DNA of 61,617 nt, filler included, from Choristocarpus tenellus KU-1152 (taxonomy: Eukaryota > Protista > Phaeophyceae): NCBI GenBank assembly GCA_964200185.2. It is 11 parts of 11 records of this genome, joined end to end, with 100 filler letters (N's around TTAATTAATTAA, not from the genome) between each part and the next. Parts side by side here need not be neighbours in the genome. Positions count along the whole stretch, not along the records: positions 9,136 to 17,334 come from CAXNAD020005008.1; positions 17,435 to 21,104 come from CAXNAD020018604.1; positions 21,205 to 24,991 come from CAXNAD020017921.1; positions 25,092 to 33,360 come from CAXNAD020004914.1; 7 more parts are not named here. One strand, given 5' to 3'. Positions within the stretch are counted from its first letter, which is position 1; every line of letters starts with the position of its first letter. Below are positions 12,401 through 25,093 of the stretch, piece by piece. Under the pieces are notes generated by a model. It made no database searches, was not told the DNA's origin, and was given only the letters and a program-made list of their open reading frames with translations. Position numbers and translations under genes: made by a program.

Positions 12401-15400
12401 CCTGTTTTAGCTGTTTCCACTCAATCTTGGGTACTTCCTGCTGTTGTCATGTCATGCATGTCACTCTTCGAGTGGAGTGGTAACACTCTGAACATACATA
12501 CGTTTTAGGGTGTAGTGTGCAGTATAGAGAGTGAGTTTGGGACAGGAGGTGTCATAGAGGCTGTGGTTCTATTTTTTTAGACAAGAACTGCTGTAGGAGT
12601 GAAGAAGGTTCTGGTATTGGGTGAAGGCAGGTAATAAGTTGGTGCTATGGAATAAGGTTGGACAAGGAGATGTGGAGTATGTAGGAGTGATGAGAGAACC
12701 ATCAGAGTGACAGGAGGGGACTTGAAAAGGAATCCCTTGGCACTTGGTACCTCTTCAGGAGAGAGTCCACCTGTGGTACTGATCTCTCTTAGAGATCACA
12801 TTGCCTCTGTCTTGCTGAAGCTCCACCACTGAAAAGTGGGATTCCTGACAAGGAGTATCAGTGGTATGATGGTATGTGCTATTTGGGATATGTTTGTTTG
12901 TAACTGTGAGACAACAGGCATACTTTCCACACAAACACACACACAAGGCAGCAGTTCAAAAGATAGATATACACCGTTGTATCATTGAGACTGTGATGTC
13001 TTGCTGATGTTGATGTACAGTAACAGCAACATTGGTATGTTAAGATGTTGAGATGCCACTGTACCACTGAGGTAACTGCCAGTAATAACTATCAGTATTA
13101 CCTATCAGTGTTAAAAATCAACAGTCGTGGGAGTGACTATAATGTCTTGGCAATGTCGGAGGTTGGGATGCTGCCCGTCTTCGTTCGAGAAGCCATTACC
13201 CCACTTGTGTTCCCACAGTCTTTGAGTGATCATCTCAGTATTTGTGTTACCCTTGAGCCAGAAAGAACCGTTACCTCACTTCTACCTGTCTTTCTGGTGT
13301 AGGGGGAGTTAAGAATGTCACTGATCTCTATCGGAACCCCTCTTTGCTGTTGTTGTTTCTCTAAGACATCGAGATAGATACTAAAGTACTGAGACACCAA
13401 CTGTTTGTAACCTCATGTGAAACTGTATGTAACCTCATGTGAAACTGTTTGTAACCTCATGTGAAACTGTATGTAACCTCATGTGAAACTGTTTGTAACC
13501 TCATGTGAAACTGTTTGTAACCTCCTGTGAAACTGTATGTAACCTCATGTGAAACTGTTTGTAACCTCATGTGAAACTGTATGTAACCTCATGTGAAACT
13601 GTATGTAACCTCATGTGAAACTGTATGTAACCTCATGTGAAACTGTGTTTTCTTGATATATATATATATTTTTTATTTATGATTCGTTTCTGTATTGCCG
13701 AGGTTCAATGGAGGATATTTTTCATCCAAGGTGCATTTCTGTTGCAATTTGGTCGATCCCCGAGATTCCCCCACCCAAGTGCTTGAATGTAGCCTCCTAT
13801 TTGTAAGTTACCTATTTGTAAGTTACCTATTTGTAAGTTACCTATTTGTAAGTTACCTATTTGTAAGTTACCCATGTGCTTACACTCCACCTTGTCGTCT
13901 GTAACGAGCAGGTTGAGGCCAAGGCTGCACTTAAGGAGGCTAAGAATGCTGGGGTGCATGGTCATTATGGTCCTGGTTCAGGCAAGGACAGCGTGAACAG
14001 TGGGAGGGGAATGGGTGCAGAGGTAGGACTGAGCTATGGGGGGGAAGTGGTTGGTGGGGATAAGAAAGCTTCTAGGAGGATAGGTGGGGGGGCAGGGGTA
14101 GGAAGCAAAGAGAATGGGACGAAACAGGATTCGGATGAAGCGCAGCTTGATCCAGAGATACTGGCACTGATCGAGAAGGAGGTTGGAGGGAGAGGGGGTG
14201 AGTGATTGTGCTGCATACACGACGATTTCGCTATATATGTATATATATATATATATTTTTTTTTTTTCTGTTATGTACGTGGTGCTATTGATGTTGACAT
14301 TGTATTTGTATTTTTTTTTAATACTGTGTTTATTTATTCTTAATCTTTGTTGTTGTTGGTAAGTGTATATATGATACTGCTGGTGTGAATGCATCGCCGG
14401 TGTACGACAGACGTGGAAGGGATTCTGATCCCCCACTTTGGTGGTCGATGGAGTGTTGTTGGTGTGGTAGGAATATTGTTGTGTGTTGTGGAAGTAGCGT
14501 GACGCCTAAGTGGTATTTATGAACTCCACCTCTTTTCCACGATCATGATTGGTCGGTAACCTGTCCAGGGCTAGACATTTTCTGTCACATGCCATGGCTG
14601 CTGTGTGTTTTCCCCTAGCACTTGGTGTATTGGTCAATTGTAGTACTAATGTTGATACTTGATAATAATAATAATGAGAAAAATTGAGTGTTGTGAATTG
14701 CTAGGATTCTGTTGTTTATATCAGTCTATAATTGTATTTATATCAGTCTATAATTGTGTTTATATCAGTCTATAATTGTGTTTATATCAGTCTATAATTT
14801 TGAAGTTATGATTGATGATTTTCACGGTTTGGTGAATTGAGTATCAGTAGCCTCACTCTGTATTAATTTATTATAGCACTTCTGTGTTCACACATGCTAT
14901 GAGTGTATCTGGAGCCTCCAGGCACTTAAGGGATCCATCTGCCAGGTATCTCTCTTGAGCCTTTATTGAGCAGTACATAGGTTGATGATCTGTCTCAAAT
15001 AATTCAGGAGGTGACATGTCTGGTAATGAGAGAAGAGGACACAGGCGAGTGTATGGTGTCTGATAGGTGAAAATAACAGTGTCTCTGACAGAATCCCTCA
15101 CCAGTCATATTTAATACTTTTTCCTGAAGTTATTTTTGTATATTATTTGTGACACTATTACTTTTATTTATTTTTTAGTTACTGATTCATTTTTATTTTT
15201 TACTACTAATATTATTATTAGTAATATGTTATGTGTATGCAGGGTTAGGGTGTTGATTAGCAAGAGTATTTTTGTCACTGATTTCCAGTCACCCCCCCAT
15301 ATCTGATGACCAACCAGTCCGACCCCTTTGCCACTGATTTCCAGTCAACCCCCCCAGCCTTCAGCCCCACACAAGTTACCACTCCCCTCAACCCCATAGC

Positions 15401-16130
15401 AGTTGAGTATTGACTTTTTAAAAAAGGATTTAAGTGGGGAATGGGGTGGTTTGTCCTGGGTATCAAAGGACGTGTTGGAGGTAAGGTTCCTACTGTTGAA
15501 TGAGTAGGACGGAATGTGACTGATGTGACTGAGGAGATACTAATATCAACACTAGTAATAGTAATTATAAATAAGACTATTTGATAAAACTATTAAAAGG
15601 TATTTATATAGGAAGGGTAAGGGATAGGGCATGAAGATTAACATTGTTCCTTTCACCCTTGGAATAGTCCTATGATGTGATCAAACTTGTTACACTTACA
15701 CCCAACGGGATGTATTCCCGCCTCAAACTGTGGCTAAGATGGTGGGATTATTTTCTGGGCTGATAGGCCGCGTTGCTATTATTATTATTGTTATTATTAT
15801 TGTTATTGTAATTGCTATTGTTATTATTATTATTTCTATTTTTATTAGTTCTGTTACCATTACTATTACTATTGCTGCTATTATTGCTATTGTTATTATT
15901 ACCATTACTATTTTTTTGTTATTATCATTATTGCTTCTGGTTTATTTAATTATTCAATTATTGCCCATATGAGACAATGCGTGTGCTTTCCTCCTGTTTT
16001 CTGCATACAATAGGCAGCGAAGTCAGCAGTTCAGGTGACTCGGACAACTCGTCTGAAGGTGATACTTTTGATTTGGGGGAGGAGGAGGAGGAGGAGGAGG
16101 AAGAAGAGGAGGAAGAGATGCCAGGAGAAG
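9460..16130 (+). CDS. Internal exons of an unknown long-intron gene (9460-9588, 10368-10463, 13912-14197, 16014-16130); coiled-coil and acidic
   Basis: Four AG/GT-bounded, phase-compatible exons: DTGDLREKK..SEQ | IKEKLEELA..SKK | VEAKAALKE..GRG | GSEVSSSGD..poly-E. Confidence 0.65.
13399..13646. repeat. 22-bp tandem minisatellite, ~11 copies
   Basis: Unit aactgt(t/a)tgtaacctcatgtga, head-to-tail, no spacers. Confidence 0.95.
13796..13872. repeat. 15-bp tandem repeat, 5 copies
   Basis: Unit cctatttgtaagtta. Confidence 0.95.
14713..14798. repeat. 22-bp tandem repeat, ~4 copies
   Basis: Unit tgtttatatcagtctataattg. Confidence 0.9.
15772..15935. repeat. Degenerate (ATT)n microsatellite
   Basis: attattattgttattattatt... 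Confidence 0.85.
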
Positions 16131-17434
16131 GTAATTGCCACAAGAGCACCAATGCACGCCCCTCCCCCCCTCCCATGACTATCACTCTGTGTGGCCCATG
16201 TGTGTGTACTGCACACCTGTTTAACAAAAGTAAATCTATTAACATTTCTATTATTTTTCTATGTGCATATAATAGTCCTGTTGTGGACACTGTTGTTGCG
16301 GATGGAGGAGTTTTGTTATAGATGTAGTTGTGCTTTTTCTGTTCAGTCTTGTCTGTACGATGGTTGGCATGATCTTGACCTATGGTGTTGAATGGTGTCA
16401 TGTCATCGCGTGATATGAATGAACCCTGTTTTGCTGCATGTATTGTTTACATAGGGTTAGTTAGGGTTGCTGTTGCTGCTAGTGTTGCGCTGGTTGCCGG
16501 AGGAGTGCTTTCTTATTTTTATTTTTTGTTGTTGTTGGAAGTCTTGCCTTTTTTTTTGTGAATAAAAATCAAGTAGGTGCGTTTTTGAATTTCGATTTTT
16601 ATTTTATTTTTGGACTGAACAGAAACTCGGTCATTGTGAGTGCACAGATCTTTTATACATTATTATTTTTGTCAAAATACCTGTTGGCACAGTCGATTAG
16701 AGTTCAAAAGGTGGGAGGCATTGTTTGGATGCGATTTTTTAATTATAGCAAGAAAGTATTCGACAAATCAAATGGTTTGATGTCTGACTTGTCGAATCAA
16801 ACCCTTTGATTTTGATGTGGTTTATTTTCCTTTTCTTTTTTCATGAATTGGAAGGATTTGAATGGTACAGTTGGTAAAATCGTTAAAATATTGGTAGTGC
16901 TTTCGGGGAGAGAAGATACCAACCTTTTTTTGGGGTTTGTCACATTGTTTGATGGTGATGTTGTTGTGGTGAAGGGGACTTTGTAGTTAGGGTTTCTACA
17001 TTTGTTAGGTTCTTTTTGTTCGTTTGTTTGGTATGTGCTCATCTCAGTTAAGTTAGGGCTAGGGTTTGGAAACTCTAGTGGAGGAGATGTTGGTATGGTT
17101 GGATGAAACTATGGTAGATCTTCAATATCGATGTTGCAATGGGCTGTTGGTCTTGGGGGGGTGAGACGAACGATTCATGAGGTGTGAAGACATGTGTTTG
17201 TTGTGCATCACAGACTATTTTGGTGTTGTGACTTTCCCCCCCCCCTTCCCTGCCCCTCACCTCTCTGTCTCTCTTGTATCTGGTTTACTACAAACAAGAC
17301 TTTTTTTTTGGACATTTTTTTCTTTTAATGTTTTNNNNNNNNNNNNNNNNNNNNNNNNNNNNNNNNNNNNNNNNNNNNTTAATTAATTAANNNNNNNNNN
17401 NNNNNNNNNNNNNNNNNNNNNNNNNNNNNNNNNN

Positions 17435-17475
17435 CCAAATGGACAGCCGCCACCCCCTCCCAGATACTTTGAGCC
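17435..17475 (+). mobile_element. MITE family B right end at contig edge
   Basis: ccaaatggacagccgccaccccctcccagatactttgagcc. Confidence 0.8.
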
Positions 17476-18239
17476 CATGTCACCTTGTGTGTGGAAAGGG
17501 GGGATATCATATACTATCATATATATATAGCAATGAAATAGAGTACATTCCACAGCATAAGAAAGATGGCTTTGAATGCAAAAGGGTTCAATCCTGCATA
17601 TAATTGGAGCAAGATCAGAACCGCCATTTTCAAACGGATGTTGATAGAGTTAGCGGTGGGGATCATCCCACTGTCCGAGCTGCTCTACCCAGCACAGGCC
17701 TACCAGCTGGCTGTACACCAGCCAAAGTCGGACTTGTTGAACCCACTGTGGGTGAAGGTTTCAGAGGTAGTAGTTGAGTTTCGTCGATTTTTCATTCAAC
17801 TGTGCTTCGAAATGTCTCATCCATCCCTCAAGAGGATGTTCTGGTTCTCATAGCAACGTGCCCCTCTCACCTTGAAGGAATGTCTGCACAATACACACAT
17901 AAAATATGAACATGTGAAGAGAAATATTGCTTGCGGATTGGGGCTGCAAAATATGTGCTACATTAGGGAATGAATAGTTAAGGATTGACTGGCTAAGAGA
18001 GAGAGGAGATATGTCGAAGAAGGAGTGGTCGAGGAAAGGAGAGGGGAGAATGCAAGGGTCAGTATTGAAAATATTGCTGAGGGCTAAGGGTACAAGACGA
18101 GGAGGGCGAGAACAAGACAACCTCCGAGCAAGCTTTCCCGCCCATCCACCCTGTCGCTTGCTCACATGACCGACGGGAACACTGGGAAAGGGGGGGGAGG
18201 TCACGTTTGGGCGTAGTAGATGTCTTCTAGCTCAAAGGC

Positions 18240-18860
18240 ACGATATGAAGTGGATAATGAAGGGGTGTTCTTGGATGATTTTGAGTGGTGTTGAGTGGAG
18301 TGGTAACTGGTGTGGGGTTGAGGAGAGTGGTAACTTGTTTGGGGTTGAAGGGTAGGGTGGGTGACTGGAAATCAGTGGCGAAGGGGGTTTACACTGGTTG
18401 GTCATGAGTGAAAGTACCTTATTACATTGTACAACTTTTGCCCTGTTTGTCCATTTGAGGCTTGACTTCACTCGGGGTTTTTATGACATTTTCCCACTCC
18501 AAAATAATATTGGAGTAGGTAAAATGTATACGTTATGAAAAGGTGTCTGGAACAAGGATATATTGACACTTCCTAACAAACACAATAGCCAAAATTACAT
18601 TGAAATCGTAACATTGGATTTTGACCCCCAAATTGATGCGGCTCTACCCTCTAAGATACTTTGACTCTCATCAGATGTGGGGGATGACTGGAAATAAGTG
18701 GCGAAGGGGGTTCGCCCTGGTTGGTCATCAGATGTGGGCGTTGGCTGGAAATCAGTGGCGAAAGGAGGTGGCATTGGTTGACCATCGCAAAGGGGGGGGA
18801 GGACGGCAAAGCAGTGGCGAAGAGGTCGCACTGGGTGGTCATAAGTGGGGTTACAATCGG
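18240..18860 (-). repeat. Dispersed ~57-bp minisatellite array with adjacent pentamer tract, interrupted by MITE A
   Basis: Reverse complement of the array at 40905-41300; unit core gactggaaatcagtggcgaag...ggttggtcatc. Confidence 0.8.
18406..18667 (-). mobile_element. MITE family A, full copy, TSD TCAT
   Basis: gagtgaaagtacctt...ctaagatactttgactc flanked by tcat; the host repeat unit confirms a 4-bp duplication. Confidence 0.92.
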
Positions 18861-20685
18861 GAGGAAAAGGGGAATTGTTGGATTGCAAACAGAGAATTCA
18901 AATAACAATCCAGAATTCGTTAGCAAAACAAATGACTTGTCTCTCACACTATTACTGTTCAATAGACTTGTCATGTAGTTTTGTTTTCCCTTGACACATG
19001 TGGAAAATATGAGAGGGGATAATAATATATATTGGAGAGTACAAAATAATGTAAGATACTACTAAATATTGTTTGTAGACAGTTGTACTGTGTTGTTGTA
19101 GAAAGAAAGATACAACGTTTTATGGTTGAGGAATGTTTAGGAAATTATATTTTCAATCTGATTCTTGGGAAGAAATCGACCACAACAAAAAATGAGTGAA
19201 AAAAACGAACCAAATTGCACTGTCGGTCATATTTTGTTGTGATCGATTTTCTTACTAAGAATAAGATTAATTGGTTTTTCTTACGCATCTTCAAAATGTT
19301 GGAGGGTATGATACACAAAAGATTGAAATGTTTTCTTGAGCAAGGTTATTCATATAGAACAAAATGTTATTCTATTATACTATCGTATTAGTGTTATATT
19401 TTAGTACTATTGTATTAGTGATTGGTATCATAGGAAACCAAAATTTCTTTTGTTTTTCATTCGTACTGACATTTTCAACTGTATTAGATATTAACATAGA
19501 AATGAGGGGTAAGAAAAAAAGATGAAACAAATTTCAATCAAGAGTATTTATTGCAATGGAATACTTACTAATACTATCATATACTACAACGATGCAAATT
19601 TCAAGAACATGTAATATTATTGTTCAATGACAAACAACTCAAATTCTCGTATCTAAATTTAGAAACACCACAACTGTCAAAGGCGAAAGATCTTGTGAAT
19701 CAAGAGTAAGGATCAATTGTGTCAAATATGGTTGTTTTTTTGGACCTTTTAATACCTTCTGATGAATGATCAATTTTGGGCTTTTGATATTTACCAACCC
19801 CACACTATAACACTAATAATTCGATACAGAATATCAACCAAAGTAGAACTATAGTGTTGTCACTCTTCGTAGATTTGATCAGATATTTCCATTTCTCAAC
19901 ATATTCGATCCGATTTGTTCCTTAAACAAAAGGTATACCTGCTTTTGGAATTCCAACTGGTTGATTTCGCTTGGAAAGACCACATACACAATAACATTTG
20001 ATAGTACCTTCCAACACAGGGTAGAGAGCAAAGGGGGTTGGAGACGGGGGGAATCCCCCCACGGCAAGGCAAGGGGAAAGAAGCTAAGCATAAAGGAAGG
20101 AACTGATTGTAAAAGAATAGCTAAAACGTCAACTGCCAGGCGTTTGAAGCGGATTGACTTGTTGGAAGACTGGAAAAGGGGGAGCGGTATTTGGCGCGAG
20201 ACTACGACCTTACCTAACCCTCAACTCTGGTTCTCTAGAGGAACACCAGCCGGTGAGAGTGACTTGAATTTTGACTTAGGTTGGAGATTTTTGTGCTATT
20301 CAATGATTCACACAACCTACGTCAGGACATGAATTAAGCGTGTGGAAGGCGACGATATATGTTTCCGAGAGATTCTACCAAGTGTCTTTTCCACATCCGC
20401 GATCTCTCCCCCCTAGTTTCAACGTCAATCATTAATTCGAAATACCTTTTCTCTAAGTTCTGTATTTGATGTAGATGTCAACTCACTTAGACCCCAACAC
20501 CCACCGTCCGTTGAGCATCTTGTGTGTTCCTACTCAGTGTCCACCTCTTAACAAGTTCCTCATCCATCTTTTCTTTCCACTTTTGAGAGGGTTTTACTCA
20601 TTATTTCGCATTGAATTCTCTTTACCCCCCCTCTCCCTCCACCCTTTTGCCACCGTTTTTCTTCTCAACTTTCTCATCACTATAG

Positions 20686-21104
20686 ACTCCCGTCCAGACG
20701 CCACCCTAGACACTACGTTCTACCCTGCGGACAAACCAGAGGCTACTCTCTCAGCTCGCGTGGGGATAAAGTTGACCCAGCGAAGGGTGCTCTTTTCTCC
20801 GTCAAGACTTGGATAATGTCGACATCCCAGCCTGCTTCGTCTCCAACACCAGAACCTGAGACTACACCGTCCCCAGTTGATCCCACACCTTCTCCAGTTG
20901 ATCCAACACCGTCACCAGTTAATATCCCCACAGGTCAGCCTGCCCCTGCGCCCACACCAGCGCCGGTTACAGAACCGCCAGTTTCTACCCCCACAGATCA
21001 GCCTGCCCCTCTCCCCACACCAGCTCCTGTTTCTACTCCCACTGATCAGCCTGCCCCTCTCCCCACACCAGCTCCTGTTTCTACTCCCACAGATCAGCCT
21101 GCCC
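20686..21104 (+). CDS. Exon of a Pro/Thr-rich repeat (mucin/extensin-like) protein, truncated by contig end
   Basis: Polypyrimidine tract and AG acceptor at 20685; open frame with repeats PTPSPVD and TPTDQPAPLPTPAPVS. Confidence 0.6.
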
Positions 21105-21204
21105 NNNNNNNNNNNNNNNNNNNNNNNNNNNNNNNNNNNNNNNNNNNNTTAATTAATTAANNNNNNNNNNNNNNNNNNNNNNNNNNNNNNNNNNNNNNNN
21201 NNNN

Positions 21205-21303
21205 CTTCCTAACAAACACAATAGCCAAAATTACATGAAAATCGCCAAATTGAATTTTGACCCCCAAATGGACGCGGCTTTACCCTCTAAGATACTTTGG
21301 CTC
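21205..21303 (-). mobile_element. MITE family A, partial at contig edge
   Basis: Ends taccctctaagatactttggctc. Confidence 0.85.
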
Positions 21304-23529
21304 GTTCCTTTTTGTAATCCATTCCTACCCACTATTTCCACAACACATTTACATTGTGCTTCCCATATGGGGTTTTGAGATAACAAGATATTCGATAATG
21401 CAAACAATCCCTTTGCATGCTTTCCTCCCATAGCATTAAGCACCCTAACAAACAGTATGCCGTTCTCCACCCAGCGAAACTGTTCTGCTTTGAGTGTTAA
21501 ACCCCAGACGTAGCATCCATATCGGAGCTGGTTGCAACCGAGCGAGCATCAGATAGGGTTGCATACCAACGAATTGGTTTGCGTATCTGAGGCTAGCATC
21601 CACCCTGAGAAGGGCCCTTCCACCACCTGCGAACCACTCCATTCTACTTGCACTCCGTCATCCCTCAGAACATCTGTAAGACACGAAGTTGAAAGTTGTA
21701 GAAGGTGAATGGGTTGATAAATAATCCAACTAATACTTCACAATTTCCCTGGTTCACATAAAACCTGTGTGTTGAATATGTATCTGCTGCATGCATGATG
21801 TAGGTAGGTTTTACTTTTTTCTACTAATTTTTTATTGAGTAGAAATAAAACGAGAAGACTATACAGAGACAGCTAAAGATTGAAGACTAAAGATTAAAGG
21901 TTTCACTCTTTTTGAAGTGAGAGGTAGGAAGGGTTTTGGACCCTTTTGCATTCTAAGTCATATTTCTTACCCCTCCCGATACACTCTATTTCATTGCTCA
22001 TGTCCACAAAAGTTCACACAAAATTGGCATTCCCTTTTTACATACACAAAGTGACACCATAATTAAGCAAAGGCTCTTCTGCAATTGCATAAAACGGCGA
22101 CTTTTAGTCTTTTCTCAAGATCCTTAAAACACAACACTGCCTACCTCTCAGTTGGGTTCTATTCTGTGTAAACAGTAGAGTAAGGTAGGGAGTCAAATTA
22201 AGTGAGAGGTACGCAAATTTGCATTCTAAGGATGTCAGAAAATAAGTGTAAAACTTGACTTCTTTTACAAATGTGTACAGGATAATTTTCCAGATTATTT
22301 CGAAGTGTTTCAACCAAGAGAAAAACAAACCCTCTCAAGTCAAACTTGGAATTTCATCCATAGAAAAGGGCGTGAATTACAAAAGATTGAAAAACTGGCT
22401 TATAATGCAAAACAGACAAAACTTGGTACCTCTCCTTTACTTAGATCAAGTTGAATACTACCCATTCTCATCAAGTTATGGTTGGGGAGTTATGACGACC
22501 ATCAGCATTTTCCAACGTCTTCTTGGTTTCAACGGTTTGGTTGTAGATATCTGTAGGTAGCATTGCAATAAGGAACAACACTCTACATTTTCCCCAATCA
22601 TTGTCGTCGCTGTGAAACAACCATGGTTGTTATTGTGGTGTACAGAGTTTGAAGGGGTAATCGTAATTTTTTAATTTCAATCTATTTTCTGTAAATTTTC
22701 CATTTATGTTGTCGATCGTTCCAAACCCCTCCAACTTTTTGAAACGATATGATCTTGAAAAAAATAGTTTCTTTTTATATAGACTTCTTCCTGATTCATC
22801 ATACTTCCTCCTGTCCTGAACTTCCACCTCCTACCAAAAACCTGCACCACGAAGCTTAGACGGTAAGAGCGGGACAAGGCGTTGAGGAACAATACCACTC
22901 ACATAGCCTCTCTCTGTCTTGGTGAGGCATGTAGCTAGGTTCCAGACCCAGAGTTCCTAAACACTGCTGCAATATGAACTCGGACAAAGAGGTCCATGCC
23001 CAGGGCAAAAACCCACCGTCAGTGTCCGCGGCAAGGTTGATGCCTGTTTCAGTCAGGAGTTCTAGCTCTGACTCTTAAAAATCATGACCTTGAGGAGATG
23101 AACTGTGTATCTTCCCCAAATGTAAAGAATACTCATACCTTGCACATCCACCTTGAGTTGTTGGAATTTTCCTATGACTGTAGTGTCGAGCATTGATTGG
23201 TAAAGATATAGTATAATTGGATGAGTTGCCCAGAACAAGCACGACGAGACCCACTAGGGACCAAAAAAGGACCCAACGTGCGAGAACCAAGGTAAGGAAT
23301 ACACGATCAGTGCATTTAGTGGTAGTGGAACAGTAGTGTTTTGACATGATGCGTCAAGATCATCCCTGACTAAATTGTAGTAGTATAGTGGTACCATAAT
23401 GTTCGCCCTCTGGGGTTGTCCCCTCATAACAGTTGATGTAGGCATCGGATTAAAAAAATAAAATCATATTCGTTATGTCCAGAGTACGGTCTTCGTGTTT
23501 TTTTTCGCCATTTTTTTCTTTTTTTGAAG

Positions 23530-23612
23530 AAAGAGCGCTCATATTGGGGTTCGAACCATGGATTGTAGGTCACCAAGAGTGGCAACAGATACACTATTAC
23601 TTGATTAAAGTA
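23530..23612 (-). mobile_element. Possible tRNA-derived SINE relic
   Basis: B-box-like GGTTCGAACC next to a T-rich (minus-strand A-rich) tract; no full cloverleaf seen. Confidence 0.25.
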
Positions 23613-23668
23613 TAGGGTTTAGTCGGGAAAAAAGCCTCCCCACCCTTTCTTCCTTTGTGTTCGCACAC

Positions 23669-24693
23669 TCACTCTTTGGCCTTGGCAAGGGTGTCCTCGT
23701 CGACGCCCAGAATGAAACGCCTCTCGTAGCGCCCTTGCTCCGACACCTTGATGTAGCCCTCGGTTAGGAATTCTCTCTCCCACTTTCTCACAGTTTCCGA
23801 CCTGCCCATCGCATATCCTGCTTCCATCTTGAGCGCTATTTGACGGTCTTTCCCGTCGTTCATACACAGGTGCAGAACTCCCAGTGTTAGAGCCTTCACT
23901 ATCACATTTGAGCCAATGTATCTTAGAGGGTAGAGCCACGTCCACTTGGGGGCCAATATCCAATGTTGCGATTTTGACGCGATTTTGGCTGTTGTGTTTG
24001 TTAGCAAGTGTCAATATCCATGTTCCAGACACACCTTTTCATAAGATATACACTTTACCTACTCCTTAACATTTTGGAGTAGAAACGTGCCATAAGAGAA
24101 CCCATGGGAAGTCAAGCCCCAAATGGACAAACAGGGCAAAACTCGTACCCTCTAAGATACTTTCACAAATTTCCTCGTTGAGCGCCAAAATTGGACGTTA
24201 TCCGTGTTTCCTGGGCGCAAGGGTGAGGGAGGACAGACTTAAGTTGATCGAAAATTGTGTTGATTTCTCGAACGATTGCAGGCTGGGAGAACACCTTAAT
24301 CAACTTTATACATCCAACCCTAAGCCGAGGAACAAAGGAGAATGTACGGCATCTTGCAAGAAGTAGGAGACACTAAACCATCGGTGTACAAGTAGTCTCA
24401 ATCTCATCCCCTCTTCTTCCCTGGTGTCCTTGTCGATGGCTACCTCCACCTGCTTCGCGACCTCTTCTAAGTAAAGGGCTTGGTGGTATTGAAAAGTCTC
24501 CACAGCTGCCTTTGTTTCGATCGCTTTCGCCTCCACCTTCCGAGCCCTTTCGACCTTCTTTCGGGCTTCAGAGCCGTTGCAGTCCAACCCTAACACCTTC
24601 TTTCTCGTTTCCTTATGCCACTCCGTTCCGCACGGCTTCCAAACAGCTAGGGCCTGCTGTAACTGTCGACTACTAAGATATTCTACACCCGGT
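23669..24693 (-). pseudogene. Disrupted ~250-codon ORF, possibly the N-terminal/HTH part of an IS630-Tc1-mariner-type transposase
   Basis: The frame is continuous once MITE A plus one TSD copy and an 8-nt TTAGGGTT are removed. Family call inferred from ETVRKWEREFLTEGYIKVSEQGRYER. Confidence 0.45.
23910..24168 (+). mobile_element. MITE family A, full copy, TSD ATTT
   Basis: gagccaatgtatcttagagggta...ctaagatactttcacaa; attt on both flanks. Confidence 0.9.
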
Positions 24694-25093
24694 TATTCAC
24701 TTAGGCGTTTCCTGAGTGCAATGGCAGGCAGCCACACTGCTCTTTTCCCCGACCTTTCCTTCAGGCGGCCACCTCGGTTCTCCCTTCGCCCACCATGACC
24801 AGGCGTCTGGTCGAAGATAGTGCTGCAGGTACACTATAGACACCACCAGTGGGATAGATAATGTTAAAACATAGGCTACTCATTTGTTTCTTGTTGATAT
24901 GATGCACATCTACCAGCTTGTACTGACTGTTGATTGGTGCACTGCACTGGTTGTTAGTGTTCATTTATTTATTGCGCATTCCAACTCATCANNNNNNNNN
25001 NNNNNNNNNNNNNNNNNNNNNNNNNNNNNNNNNNNTTAATTAATTAANNNNNNNNNNNNNNNNNNNNNNNNNNNNNNNNNNNNNNNNNNNNTC

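Noticed and set aside
13399-13872. CRISPR-like arrays (also the 57-bp arrays)
   Set aside because: Head-to-tail repeats with no unique spacers, no cas genes, and a eukaryotic intron context
15723-15972. Very hydrophobic Ile-rich 'membrane' ORFs (also 11644-11895)
   Set aside because: Translations of (ATT)n/(ATA)n microsatellites
23530-23612. Functional tRNA gene
   Set aside because: Only a T-loop/B-box-like motif; I could not fold acceptor and D stems
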